A DNA stretch of 64,000 bases from an uncultured Candidatus Saccharibacteria bacterium (GTDB taxonomy: Bacteria; Patescibacteriota; Saccharimonadia; Saccharimonadales; Saccharimonadaceae), in contig CAOHYA010000001.1 of the NCBI GenBank assembly GCA_948288625.1, forward strand, positions 486,672 to 550,671, written 5' to 3'. The notes under the pieces are model-generated. The model was not told the origin of the DNA. It ran no database searches and worked only from the letters and a program-made list of their open reading frames with translations. The position numbers and the translations under genes are program-made. Positions 28,519-35,421 of the stretch are shown here, one piece after another (positions within the stretch are counted from its first letter, which is position 1; every line of letters starts with the position of its first letter).

Positions 28519-28558
28519 CCTGCGGAGGAATGAGTAGTTACTACTCTTCCTCCGCAGG
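28519..28558 (+). other. Very stable compound hairpin (12 bp + 6 bp) directly 5' of the hammerhead
   Basis: cctgcggaggaa (28519-30) pairs perfectly with ttcctccgcagg (28547-58). An inner gagtag/ctactc stem carries a tta loop. No T-run follows. Confidence 0.65.
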
Positions 28559-28559
28559 A

Positions 28560-28616
28560 TGCGTATCCGGAAATATATTTAGTTCCGCTGATGAGTCGTT
28601 AACGACGAAATATGCA
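28560..28616 (+). ncRNA. Hammerhead self-cleaving ribozyme, type III topology
   Basis: 5'-UGCGUAU-C^CGGAA[auauauuuag]UUCCG-CUGAUGA-GUCG[uuaa]CGAC-GAA-AUAUGCA-3'. The full C3-A9 core, G12A13A14 and U16.1-C17 are present. Helix I is 5 bp, helix II is 4 bp (G10.1-C11.1), and helix III is 7 bp (one G-U). Confidence 0.8.
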
Positions 28617-28714
28617 CTGTTATCCACATAATCAACAGATACGGCTACCGAACTGTTGTCAAAAATGTTTATGTTGCCGAAGTAGATAGCAACTTAATAT
28701 TTTAACTACTAAAC

Positions 28715-28745
28715 AAAAATACCTCTCGTGACGAGAGGTATTTTG
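28715..28745 (-). terminator. Intrinsic terminator after rplL (bidirectional shape)
   Basis: The stem tacctctcg/cgagaggta is flanked by an A-run and a T-run. Confidence 0.65.
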
Positions 28746-28770
28746 CACTTACGAAACGACCGAATAAAAA

Positions 28771-29148
28771 TTAGTTAAGCTCGACTGAAGCGCCAGCTTC
28801 TTCGAGGGTTTTCTTTGCAGCTTCAGCTTCTTCCGTAGGAACTTTTTCCTTGACAGTTGAAGGCACGCCGTCAACGATAGCTTTTGCTTCACCAAGGCCA
28901 AGACCAGTGATGTCTTTAACAGCCTTAATAACAGCAACTTTTTGCGCACCAGCATCCTTAAGGGTGATGGTCCAGTCAGACTTAGCGTCTTCTGCGGGCG
29001 CAGCTTCAGCGGCAGGTCCGGCAACAGCTACGGCAGCAGCTGCTGGTTCGATGTTGTATTCATCTTTTAGGATTGTCTTGAGTTCGTTCACTTCAAGAAC
29101 AGTAAGACCAACGAGGGTCTCAGCGAATTTCTTTAAATCAGTAGCCAT
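28771..29148 (-). CDS. rplL: 50S ribosomal protein L7/L12
   Basis: 125 aa with an Ala-rich hinge and a C-terminal [22 protein letters not shown]...[14 protein letters not shown]. Confidence 0.95.
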   Translation of the reverse strand: MATDLKKFAETLVGLTVLEVNELKTILKDEYNIEPAAAAVAVAGPAAEAAPAEDAKSDWTITLKDAGAQKVAVIKAVKDITGLGLGEAKAIVDGVPSTVKEKVPTEEAEAAKKTLEEAGASVELN

Positions 29149-29210
29149 AATGGACTCCTATCAAATTTAGTGTAGTAATGGGTGGGGTTTGACGCCCGTT
29201 TTTTCAAAAA

Positions 29211-29735
29211 TTAACTGGTTGCCTTAGCTTCAACACCATCCAGTAACGCGTGCAAGTTGCCCGAAAGCGCGTTGGTAACGTCGTGAACAGGAGAAAGCAG
29301 TTGAGCAATAACTTCTGCGATGAGCTGACTCTTGCTTGGAAGTGACGCGAGGGCTTTTACTTCGTCAGCGCTTAACAAAGCACCTTCGCCAGAAAAACCA
29401 CCGGCAATCGCCAAAGCGTTGTGTGTCTTAGCAAAGTCGTTCAAAACTTTAGCAGGGGCAACTTCGTCTTCGGCACTTGTAGCATAGAGTAACTGACCGG
29501 TAAGGCCGGACGTATCGACATCTTTGTACGTAGGGTTGTCAGCCAAAGCGACGCGAACCAAACGGTTCTTGATAACTCGGATAACGACACCATTCTCGCG
29601 TGCGTTCGCACGGAGTACTTGAATGTCAGCAACGCTTAAGCCTTGGTAGGCAGCAAAGACAGTCGTCTTTGAGTCTGCCAGCAGTTGGCTCATATCAGCA
29701 ACCAATTCGTTCTTTTTATCGCGACTAATTGCCAT
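29211..29735 (-). CDS. rplJ: 50S ribosomal protein L10
   Basis: 174 aa with an L10 pattern (YQGLSVADIQVLRANARENGV...KN) and the rplJ-rplL order. Confidence 0.95.
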   Translation of the reverse strand: MAISRDKKNELVADMSQLLADSKTTVFAAYQGLSVADIQVLRANARENGVVIRVIKNRLVRVALADNPTYKDVDTSGLTGQLLYATSAEDEVAPAKVLNDFAKTHNALAIAGGFSGEGALLSADEVKALASLPSKSQLIAEVIAQLLSPVHDVTNALSGNLHALLDGVEAKATS

Positions 29736-29934
29736 AAAAATCTCCTTGGTTAATATATTCGGTCGAATTGTTAAGTAACGACAATTGGCGACTAAGGCTT
29801 AGAAACTAAAAAGTCTTTGGACCTCGCATCGCCAAAGACTGAATAGAAAATGTATGTTTTACATTGTCCTCGGTAGCAAATTAAGCGTTAGATTCAGTAT
29901 AGAAGCTGTGGCGGCTACTGTCTTTGGTATGTCG
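29736..29934 (-). promoter_or_regulatory. rplJ leader with attenuator-like terminator hairpin (candidate L10 leader)
   Basis: An approximately 200-nt 5' UTR sits between the promoter and the GGAG SD. It contains agtctttgg/ccaaagact (29812-29840) followed by TTTTT on the minus strand, as in attenuation-type L10 leaders. Confidence 0.45.
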
Positions 29935-29940
29935 AGAGTA

Positions 29941-29969
29941 AGTATATATAACTGGGGTGGATTTGTCAA
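29941..29969 (-). promoter_or_regulatory. Sigma-70-type promoter of rplJL
   Basis: On the minus strand: TTGACA, a 17-bp spacer, and TATACT. Confidence 0.55.
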
Positions 29970-29997
29970 CACTCTTGTGCTCAAGCTCAATCGTAAC

Positions 29998-30026
29998 TTG
30001 CTTGAAGTAGGCATATACTGTATAAT
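29998..30026 (+). promoter_or_regulatory. Sigma-70-type promoter driving the GC-rich element
   Basis: TTGCTT (29998-30003), a 17-bp spacer, and TATAAT (30021-26). It is divergent from the rplJ promoter. Confidence 0.55.
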
Positions 30027-30033
30027 ATATATT

Positions 30034-30380
30034 TGTTGTTAGCAACACCGCTAGCACTGACTTGAGGAGTAGACATGGCAGATTCTCAGCCCGCCAGCGA
30101 ACAGGACGCGTCGAGGACGACACGTTCGGCTGCAGCGAGTGAAGGCCGACGCGGCTTCGAACCCGACCCGCTACGCGGAGGACGGCAGAACCCGAACCGT
30201 CCGGAGGGCCACTGGACGAACCTGCCAACCGACCCCTTGCGTGGGAGCGTGTAGGTAGTTCAGTAATACGAGCTGCTTAGTGCCGTGGGGCGATCATTTT
30301 CATGTTATTGGAATGTGATCGCCCCAAGGGCACGATCTAGCGTTGGCTCCTCGTCACCTACCCCGCCTCGTGCGGGGTTT
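30034..30380 (+). other. GC-rich promoter-to-terminator transcription unit of unknown nature (structured RNA and/or small ORF)
   Basis: An approximately 345-nt unit with a strongly GC-rich core (30060-30340). It contains the hairpin ggacgg/ccgtcc and a 17-bp interrupted stem (30281-30333). It matches none of the RNase P, tmRNA or SRP signatures I checked. Confidence 0.4.
30075..30254 (+). CDS. Candidate 59-aa protein inside the GC-rich element
   Basis: A GAGGAG SD lies 5 nt before the ATG. The product is MADSQPASEQDASRTTRSAAASEGRRGFEPDPLRGGRQNPNRPEGHWTNLPTDPLRGSV, which looks disordered and low-complexity. It is below the ORF-track cutoff. Confidence 0.3.
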   Translation: MADSQPASEQDASRTTRSAAASEGRRGFEPDPLRGGRQNPNRPEGHWTNLPTDPLRGSV

Positions 30381-30383
30381 AAC
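30361..30383 (+). terminator. Intrinsic terminator ending the GC-rich element
   Basis: The stem ccccgc/gcgggg with a 5-nt loop is followed by tttaacttt. Confidence 0.5.
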
Positions 30384-30429
30384 TTTAGACAAAACATTTA
30401 ATCAGTGGTATAATATTTTACGATTAGCT

Positions 30430-31485
30430 ATGGAAGAAAAGATAGAGTTACTTGGTGGGAACCAAGATACACGTAAAAGTGTTGAATCGTTCGATTTCAA
30501 CGCTTTTTTCTTGAGAATCAAAGAACTTCCGTCTGGAGAGCCGATGACATACGGGGCTACTCCGCTCGACCGTATGACAACGCTTCAACAGCAACTTGAG
30601 TTGGCGGTGAACTTACAAGAACTTACCTACCGTGATATTCCTGACGACGTTCCTTTGGAAATTATCGATTACGTTCATAGTACCTTTCTTGCTCGTTTCC
30701 ATAGTCGAGGTGAGGCGAACGAAGAAAATTATATCACCGCCTTATATACCGGTGAAGAATATGACGCGCGAGTACAAGAGATGTTCGTTCGTGGTGAGCA
30801 AGCGCTTGCTTCTCCTGGTGAGTTGCTGTTGATTCGTCACTTGAAAGGTATTCGTAGTATCGAACTTGCCTGCCTCACTCACCCTTACGGTGAAAGAATC
30901 GATCCGCTACTTCCACAAATGCGCCATACCGTGCGTCAACACGTCGAGAGTCTTGAGGGTGATTACTACGATGACCCGCCTACCCGTTATCGTGTAAAAG
31001 AAATTGTCGGCTATGCGCCAGGCGAAGAGCGATTTGACAAGGCGTTGCTCATGACTCGTAAGCGTATCCTGGGCAGCATGCCTGACGGTACTATAATCCG
31101 TGAACGGTCCTCATTCGTGCTTCGTCTTGATGAGGCTTCTCCTTTTACCGAACATGAAAGGCTGATGCTTTCGAGCGTTGATTTAACGAAGCCCGGTTGG
31201 CAAGACGACTTGGTAAAAGCGGCAAGTCTCGACCAAGTAGCGGCGACATTGCTGGAAATGGACGAATACTCACTTGCCATTCCTATTTCGACGACTATAT
31301 ATGCCTACAACCCTGAGACGGCCGCCCTTGTCGAGGAGCGCGACGTACTTAAACGCAAGAAAAAACGAATTGATTTCGCTACCCACTATCCCTATTTTGG
31401 GGCAACTTTTCCCGAATTCAAAGACAAAGTCGTGAGAGACCAAGACGGGATGTATTATGTGGGGCCAATCGAACAGGATGATTAA
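30430..31485 (+). CDS. Hypothetical protein (351 aa)
   Basis: I prefer ATG 30430. The track start at 30343 reads through the terminator and the TGgTATAAT promoter (30405-13). I recognise no motifs. Confidence 0.55.
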   Translation: MEEKIELLGGNQDTRKSVESFDFNAFFLRIKELPSGEPMTYGATPLDRMTTLQQQLELAVNLQELTYRDIPDDVPLEIIDYVHSTFLARFHSRGEANEENYITALYTGEEYDARVQEMFVRGEQALASPGELLLIRHLKGIRSIELACLTHPYGERIDPLLPQMRHTVRQHVESLEGDYYDDPPTRYRVKEIVGYAPGEERFDKALLMTRKRILGSMPDGTIIRERSSFVLRLDEASPFTEHERLMLSSVDLTKPGWQDDLVKAASLDQVAATLLEMDEYSLAIPISTTIYAYNPETAALVEERDVLKRKKKRIDFATHYPYFGATFPEFKDKVVRDQDGMYYVGPIEQDD

Positions 31486-32165
31486 GCATCAATCTCAGTA
31501 ATTAATGGTTCGGCTTTGCGCAGCACTCTTCCAAATACGGTAGTTTTAGAACCTTGAGCATTGATAAGTTGGACACCGCTTTCTTTAGCAAATTGTACAT
31601 ACCCTGATTGCATTGATGATTGGAACTCGGCCGGTTTAGATTCGAATGTATCCTTTTCGACATTCGTATCGAGTCGGCCAATCAATCGCTTTCTTCGCTC
31701 GCGTTCTTTTTTGATGGCGAATATTGCTACGAAATTTGGTGTCATGTAGGCGTCGCCTAAGTTTTGTCGCGTGTAATCTTCGATGACATCAATCGGAATA
31801 CCTTCTCCGTAGCCTTGATAAGCAACACTCGAAAACCAGTTTCGTGCGCAGATCACATGGATTCCATTATCGAGCGCAGGCTGTATAAGTTCCTCATTCA
31901 AAGAAACACGTGCTTCCGTAAACCACTCAAGATTTTCCCACGCTGTCCGGGCGATAGTTCTATCTTTAATTTTTCTTCTTAATTCATTGGCTCGCGGTGT
32001 GCCGCCTGGTTCTTGCAACGGTTCATCTCGACCGGTTTCCTCATTAAAAACATGCAAGGTATCGTGGCCGAGTGAACGAATGTAGCTATCGAGCATCATG
32101 GCCTGAGTCGTTTTGCCAGTTCCGTCTCCACCTTCCAGTACGATATATTTTCCACGCTCTGCCAT
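31482..32165 (-). CDS. tmk: Thymidylate (dTMP) kinase
   Basis: The P-loop IVLEGGDGTGKTTQ and a DR(Y/W)-type region (ICARNWFSSVAYQG). Length is typical. Confidence 0.8.
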   Translation of the reverse strand: MAERGKYIVLEGGDGTGKTTQAMMLDSYIRSLGHDTLHVFNEETGRDEPLQEPGGTPRANELRRKIKDRTIARTAWENLEWFTEARVSLNEELIQPALDNGIHVICARNWFSSVAYQGYGEGIPIDVIEDYTRQNLGDAYMTPNFVAIFAIKKERERRKRLIGRLDTNVEKDTFESKPAEFQSSMQSGYVQFAKESGVQLINAQGSKTTVFGRVLRKAEPLITEIDA

Positions 32166-32166
32166 G

Positions 32167-33129
32167 TTATGCCGCCAACATATCTAATTGTTGTTTTCTG
32201 TATGCGTTCAAATCGGCTACATCCTTAAATGCTTGCGGCTTCATACTATCTTCTCGCCAGTCAGCTTCAAGTTGTGCGAAGTGGTCCGAACTAACCGTCT
32301 GATACTTGCCCGTCGCTTTGGCGTATTCGGTCGCAACTGAACCGGTCGCCGAAAATACGATCTGTGCAATACGGTAATAAAGTGGTAACGGCACATACTC
32401 GCGCTCATTCAGGTTATTCACTTCCATCGTCCAGCGATTAATATATCCCGGATCGCCCCAACCAGCACAAAAACAACTGGCTACACCCATACGTCCTGTA
32501 GTGCTGCGTGATTGCATGCTGGTTGTTCCGGGTGGCCGTATCCCGATAAATTCATGCGTATGAGCCAAGATACGTTCGTTCGGCCGAAGAAGGATAAGTG
32601 GGTGTTCATCATCAATGTTTTGCAAATTCTCATGGTTTTCAAAAAGTTCAAGTTGTCGCTTTTGTTCACGCGAAGTTAAATCTTCATTGGCCATAATTTC
32701 GCTAAACACTTTTTCGATGACATATCTAAAGGGCTTGGCTTTCAGGGGCTCTCCGAAATATCGGTTCACATCTTCTTGATCGAAGGGATTGAATATGCCC
32801 GATACATTCCGAGCGTCTCCGGCAAGGTAGAAGTTTTCTCCAAGCCGTACGTCGATGCTTGAGCCATTCACTTTGGTCGGACGCGGTTCACAAACGACAT
32901 GGCCGAGCTCAAGGGCAACTTCTAGCTCACGATCGCTATAAATACCGCTCCCCATGACGCGGTCTTTATATACTTTGACTGGTGCATCGTTTAGGTCAAG
33001 GTCAGAAGCGACAAGAAAATCGTCAAAAGATTTGCCAAAGTTATTTTCAATGCGAAATACGTCGTTCCCCGCAACTGTATCTATCTTTACGCTCTGCGCA
33101 TACCCTTCGAACTTACTGAGTGAATCCAT
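32167..33129 (-). CDS. dcd: dCTP deaminase/dUTPase-superfamily protein, enlarged (320 aa)
   Basis: IYSDRELEVAL, SIDVRLG, the S-rich SRSTTGRMG and GWGDPGY...MEVNN are colinear with Dcd. It also carries an N-terminal extension of about 60 aa, an internal insertion and a C-terminal tail. Confidence 0.65.
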   Translation of the reverse strand: MDSLSKFEGYAQSVKIDTVAGNDVFRIENNFGKSFDDFLVASDLDLNDAPVKVYKDRVMGSGIYSDRELEVALELGHVVCEPRPTKVNGSSIDVRLGENFYLAGDARNVSGIFNPFDQEDVNRYFGEPLKAKPFRYVIEKVFSEIMANEDLTSREQKRQLELFENHENLQNIDDEHPLILLRPNERILAHTHEFIGIRPPGTTSMQSRSTTGRMGVASCFCAGWGDPGYINRWTMEVNNLNEREYVPLPLYYRIAQIVFSATGSVATEYAKATGKYQTVSSDHFAQLEADWREDSMKPQAFKDVADLNAYRKQQLDMLAA

Positions 33130-33227
33130 ATACCTCTACCCTTAAATGATTGTGCCCACCCAATTTCTTTACTGAAATAATAATGACACACTTTTTTTAC
33201 GGAAACAAATAAAAAGAGACCCGATGC

Positions 33228-33265
33228 GGCCGACCTCGGAACTCGTACGTTCCAATAGGTCGGCC
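33228..33265 (-). terminator. Compound hairpin downstream of the thyX-like gene
   Basis: Outer stem ggccgacct/aggtcggcc and inner stem ggaac/gttcc. The T-run is about 12 nt away on the minus strand, so it is weak as a canonical terminator. Confidence 0.4.
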
Positions 33266-33276
33266 ACATCTGAGTC

Positions 33277-34329
33277 TTACGCAGCCTGGGCGACGAACAC
33301 GCGTTGGTTTGGCTGGTCGCGCCGCGCTTGAGCGAAGCCTCGGACATTGCCCGAGAATTCCATCCTGTCGACCAGCTGCTCGACCACGTGCGCCGGCAGA
33401 TGGGTCGCCTGCTTGGCCACCTTTGCCATCTTCATGCGCGTCTTCCACTCATCCTTGGGGATGGGCTTCAATGCGTGCTCGAAGGGTGACATGTGCCCGT
33501 TACGGCTCAGGCGATCAGCCGTCCTGAAGTCAGCTTCCAGGTCGATGATGCTCCTGTCGTGAGTGAGGTAACTCACGCGGGCGCAACGAGCGGTTACCGC
33601 CTTGACGGCCAGTTCGGGGTGCTTCTTCGCCCACTTTCGCTCTTCCTTCTGGATGAACGGCAGGTGCAACTCCCCTTCCTTGAGCAGCTTCGGCGTCGAC
33701 GCGTCGTAGGACTCCTTCATCATCTTGGCGATGGTTCGGATCTCACCTTGGGCGTTCTCGTCGGTACGCAGGTTGAAGAAGTTGTCCCACTCCGTCGCCG
33801 TGACGATGATCGTGTGCCACATGAACGGTTCGAGCAGACGGTTCGTCAACCCCTTCGTCGTCTTCAGGGTCGTCTTCAGCTTGTGAATCGAATCCTTCGG
33901 ATTGTCGAGGCGGTTCACGAGGTGAAGAACGAACTCGTTGAAGTCGTCATTCACTTCATCTTGCCACTTCTCCCAGTGTCGAAGCACGAAGTCCGGCGAA
34001 AGCGTCAGGCTGAGCGCGTACCACACCTGTGAGGTAGCGGCATCACCCCATGTCTGAATCGCCTTTTCCAGCTTCTTTCCTTCCAGCGGCGCACCGGCAT
34101 TCATTCCAGCGACCGCCGTTCCGAATTCCTCCGGTACGAAAGTGTCTTCGACGAGTGCCTTCAGCTGCTTCTTGGCCGGGATAGCTCGAGAACTCGCCGA
34201 GTTGCGCGAGAAGTCTCGGTGCGTGTTGAATTCTGCCAGCACGATGCGTGGCAGCGTGATAACCATCGTCGTTGCGCGATGGCCTCTCTTCGTGACCGAA
34301 TCGGCCTCGATGGTGCATGAATAGGCCAT
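33277..34329 (-). CDS. thyX: ThyX-like flavin-dependent thymidylate synthase (divergent, GC-rich ORF)
   Basis: FNTHRDFSRNSASSRAIP (a variant of the RHRxxSxxxxSxR motif) and NRLLEPFMWHTIIVTATEWDNFFNLRTDENAQGEIR (the ThyX C-terminal block). I prefer ATG 34329, which has an SD. Confidence 0.6.
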   Translation of the reverse strand: MAYSCTIEADSVTKRGHRATTMVITLPRIVLAEFNTHRDFSRNSASSRAIPAKKQLKALVEDTFVPEEFGTAVAGMNAGAPLEGKKLEKAIQTWGDAATSQVWYALSLTLSPDFVLRHWEKWQDEVNDDFNEFVLHLVNRLDNPKDSIHKLKTTLKTTKGLTNRLLEPFMWHTIIVTATEWDNFFNLRTDENAQGEIRTIAKMMKESYDASTPKLLKEGELHLPFIQKEERKWAKKHPELAVKAVTARCARVSYLTHDRSIIDLEADFRTADRLSRNGHMSPFEHALKPIPKDEWKTRMKMAKVAKQATHLPAHVVEQLVDRMEFSGNVRGFAQARRDQPNQRVFVAQAA

Positions 34330-34532
34330 GTGGCCCTCTTTTCTCTCGAGATTGTTTGGGTACGACCCACCTCCGTATACTATACCTAATTTAAACGTAC
34401 TTTTCCACAATTATTGAAACTACATTTATAATGCTTGCTATTTAACAATACTTATGATATATTCATGCGCAGAAGACGCTATAACACCAAAACGCCCTCT
34501 CAATAAAAGTTTTACTCAATCCGTGAAGGGAT

Positions 34533-35366
34533 ATGAAAACCATGACAAACCATGCAGAAGCACAGCCAACTATCAACAATAGTGGTGAAAATTCTGCTGT
34601 AGGGCCGATGGTTGAGTCTAAAGGTGTTCCGCGACGAGAGATAAGTATTAACGCCGATTTTCTTTCTCAGAAGGAACAAGAGTTACTTGCTGAATTAAGG
34701 CAACTCGCTGACGAACGAGAAGCTCGTGCTTTATCGATGGCCGAGCCGCTTTTAGATAACGCGGCCGTCGACCTTATTCAAGGAACTGCTGTTGCAGGCC
34801 ATCAAAATGAAAGCAAAGCGCTCGTAAGTAACTTTATTCAAATTACTGAAGTACATGCCGGAAGCCTGTCACCCGTTGAAAGAGAAAAGCTTGCAGGAGC
34901 AATATTGAATCGTGTCAAGAAAATTGGCCGTAGTGGAATCCGTAGAGTTGCCCGAAACAAGATCGAGTTTATGACTCAACAACTTTCCGATAAGAAAGCT
35001 GAACACACACAGTTACAATTAGAGCATGCGAAGCTCAAAATCGAGTCGGCAGGCTTAGTTAGTACGACGAAAGAATCGGTAGATACATTACGCAAGAATT
35101 ATCAAGGGGATATCGATATTCTCGAAGAAGTGGATATTCTTGAAGCAAATGTTGATGCCGCAATCACTCCGCGATTACAGTTTGGCAAAAATGAACTCAT
35201 TGAGCTTCACGTTGAAACAGCTGAATTAGAAGCTATGGTGGCTCATGTTGGTAACGATACGCTCAGTCCTGCGCGCGGTACCGAAATTGCCGCGATTAAA
35301 GCTACGCGTTTTGGTGAAAAAGCGATACAGCAAGTAAGAAGTACTTATTCCGCAATCACGAAATAA
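34533..35366 (+). CDS. Hypothetical coiled-coil protein (277 aa)
   Basis: A clean ORF with an AAGGGA SD and long Glu/Leu/Lys-rich helices. I recognise no family. Confidence 0.5.
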   Translation: MKTMTNHAEAQPTINNSGENSAVGPMVESKGVPRREISINADFLSQKEQELLAELRQLADEREARALSMAEPLLDNAAVDLIQGTAVAGHQNESKALVSNFIQITEVHAGSLSPVEREKLAGAILNRVKKIGRSGIRRVARNKIEFMTQQLSDKKAEHTQLQLEHAKLKIESAGLVSTTKESVDTLRKNYQGDIDILEEVDILEANVDAAITPRLQFGKNELIELHVETAELEAMVAHVGNDTLSPARGTEIAAIKATRFGEKAIQQVRSTYSAITK

Positions 35367-35369
35367 AAA

Positions 35370-35406
35370 AATAAAAATCCGCCTCTCACGAAGCGGATTT
35401 TTATTT
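35370..35406. terminator. Bidirectional intrinsic terminator (shared with rplA)
   Basis: The stem aaaatccgc/gcggatttt is flanked by A- and T-runs between convergent genes. Confidence 0.6.
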
Positions 35407-35421
35407 TAGGCGGATTCGCTA

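Noticed and set aside
29881-30228. A 115-aa minus-strand ORF across the rplJ promoter region and the GC-rich element.
   Set aside because: It runs through two divergent promoters and switches from GC-rich to AT-rich halfway. It has no SD, and its translation is low-complexity at one end and Tyr/Thr-rich junk at the other.
30034-30380. Assignment of the GC-rich element as RNase P RNA, tmRNA, SRP RNA or 6S RNA.
   Set aside because: I looked for GAGGAAAGUCC and ACAGAAxCCGGCUUA (only CAGAACCCG is present). I looked for tRNA-like acceptor and T-arm ends and an ...AA-stop tag frame, and found nothing convincing. I looked for the GGAA-capped SRP domain IV, which is absent. The ends do not form the long closing rod of 6S RNA. 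I left it unclassified.
30343-30429. The ORF-track start (30343) of the 380-aa ORF.
   Set aside because: This N-terminal extension reads through a terminator hairpin (30361-77) and a TGgTATAAT promoter. ATG 30430 is the credible start.
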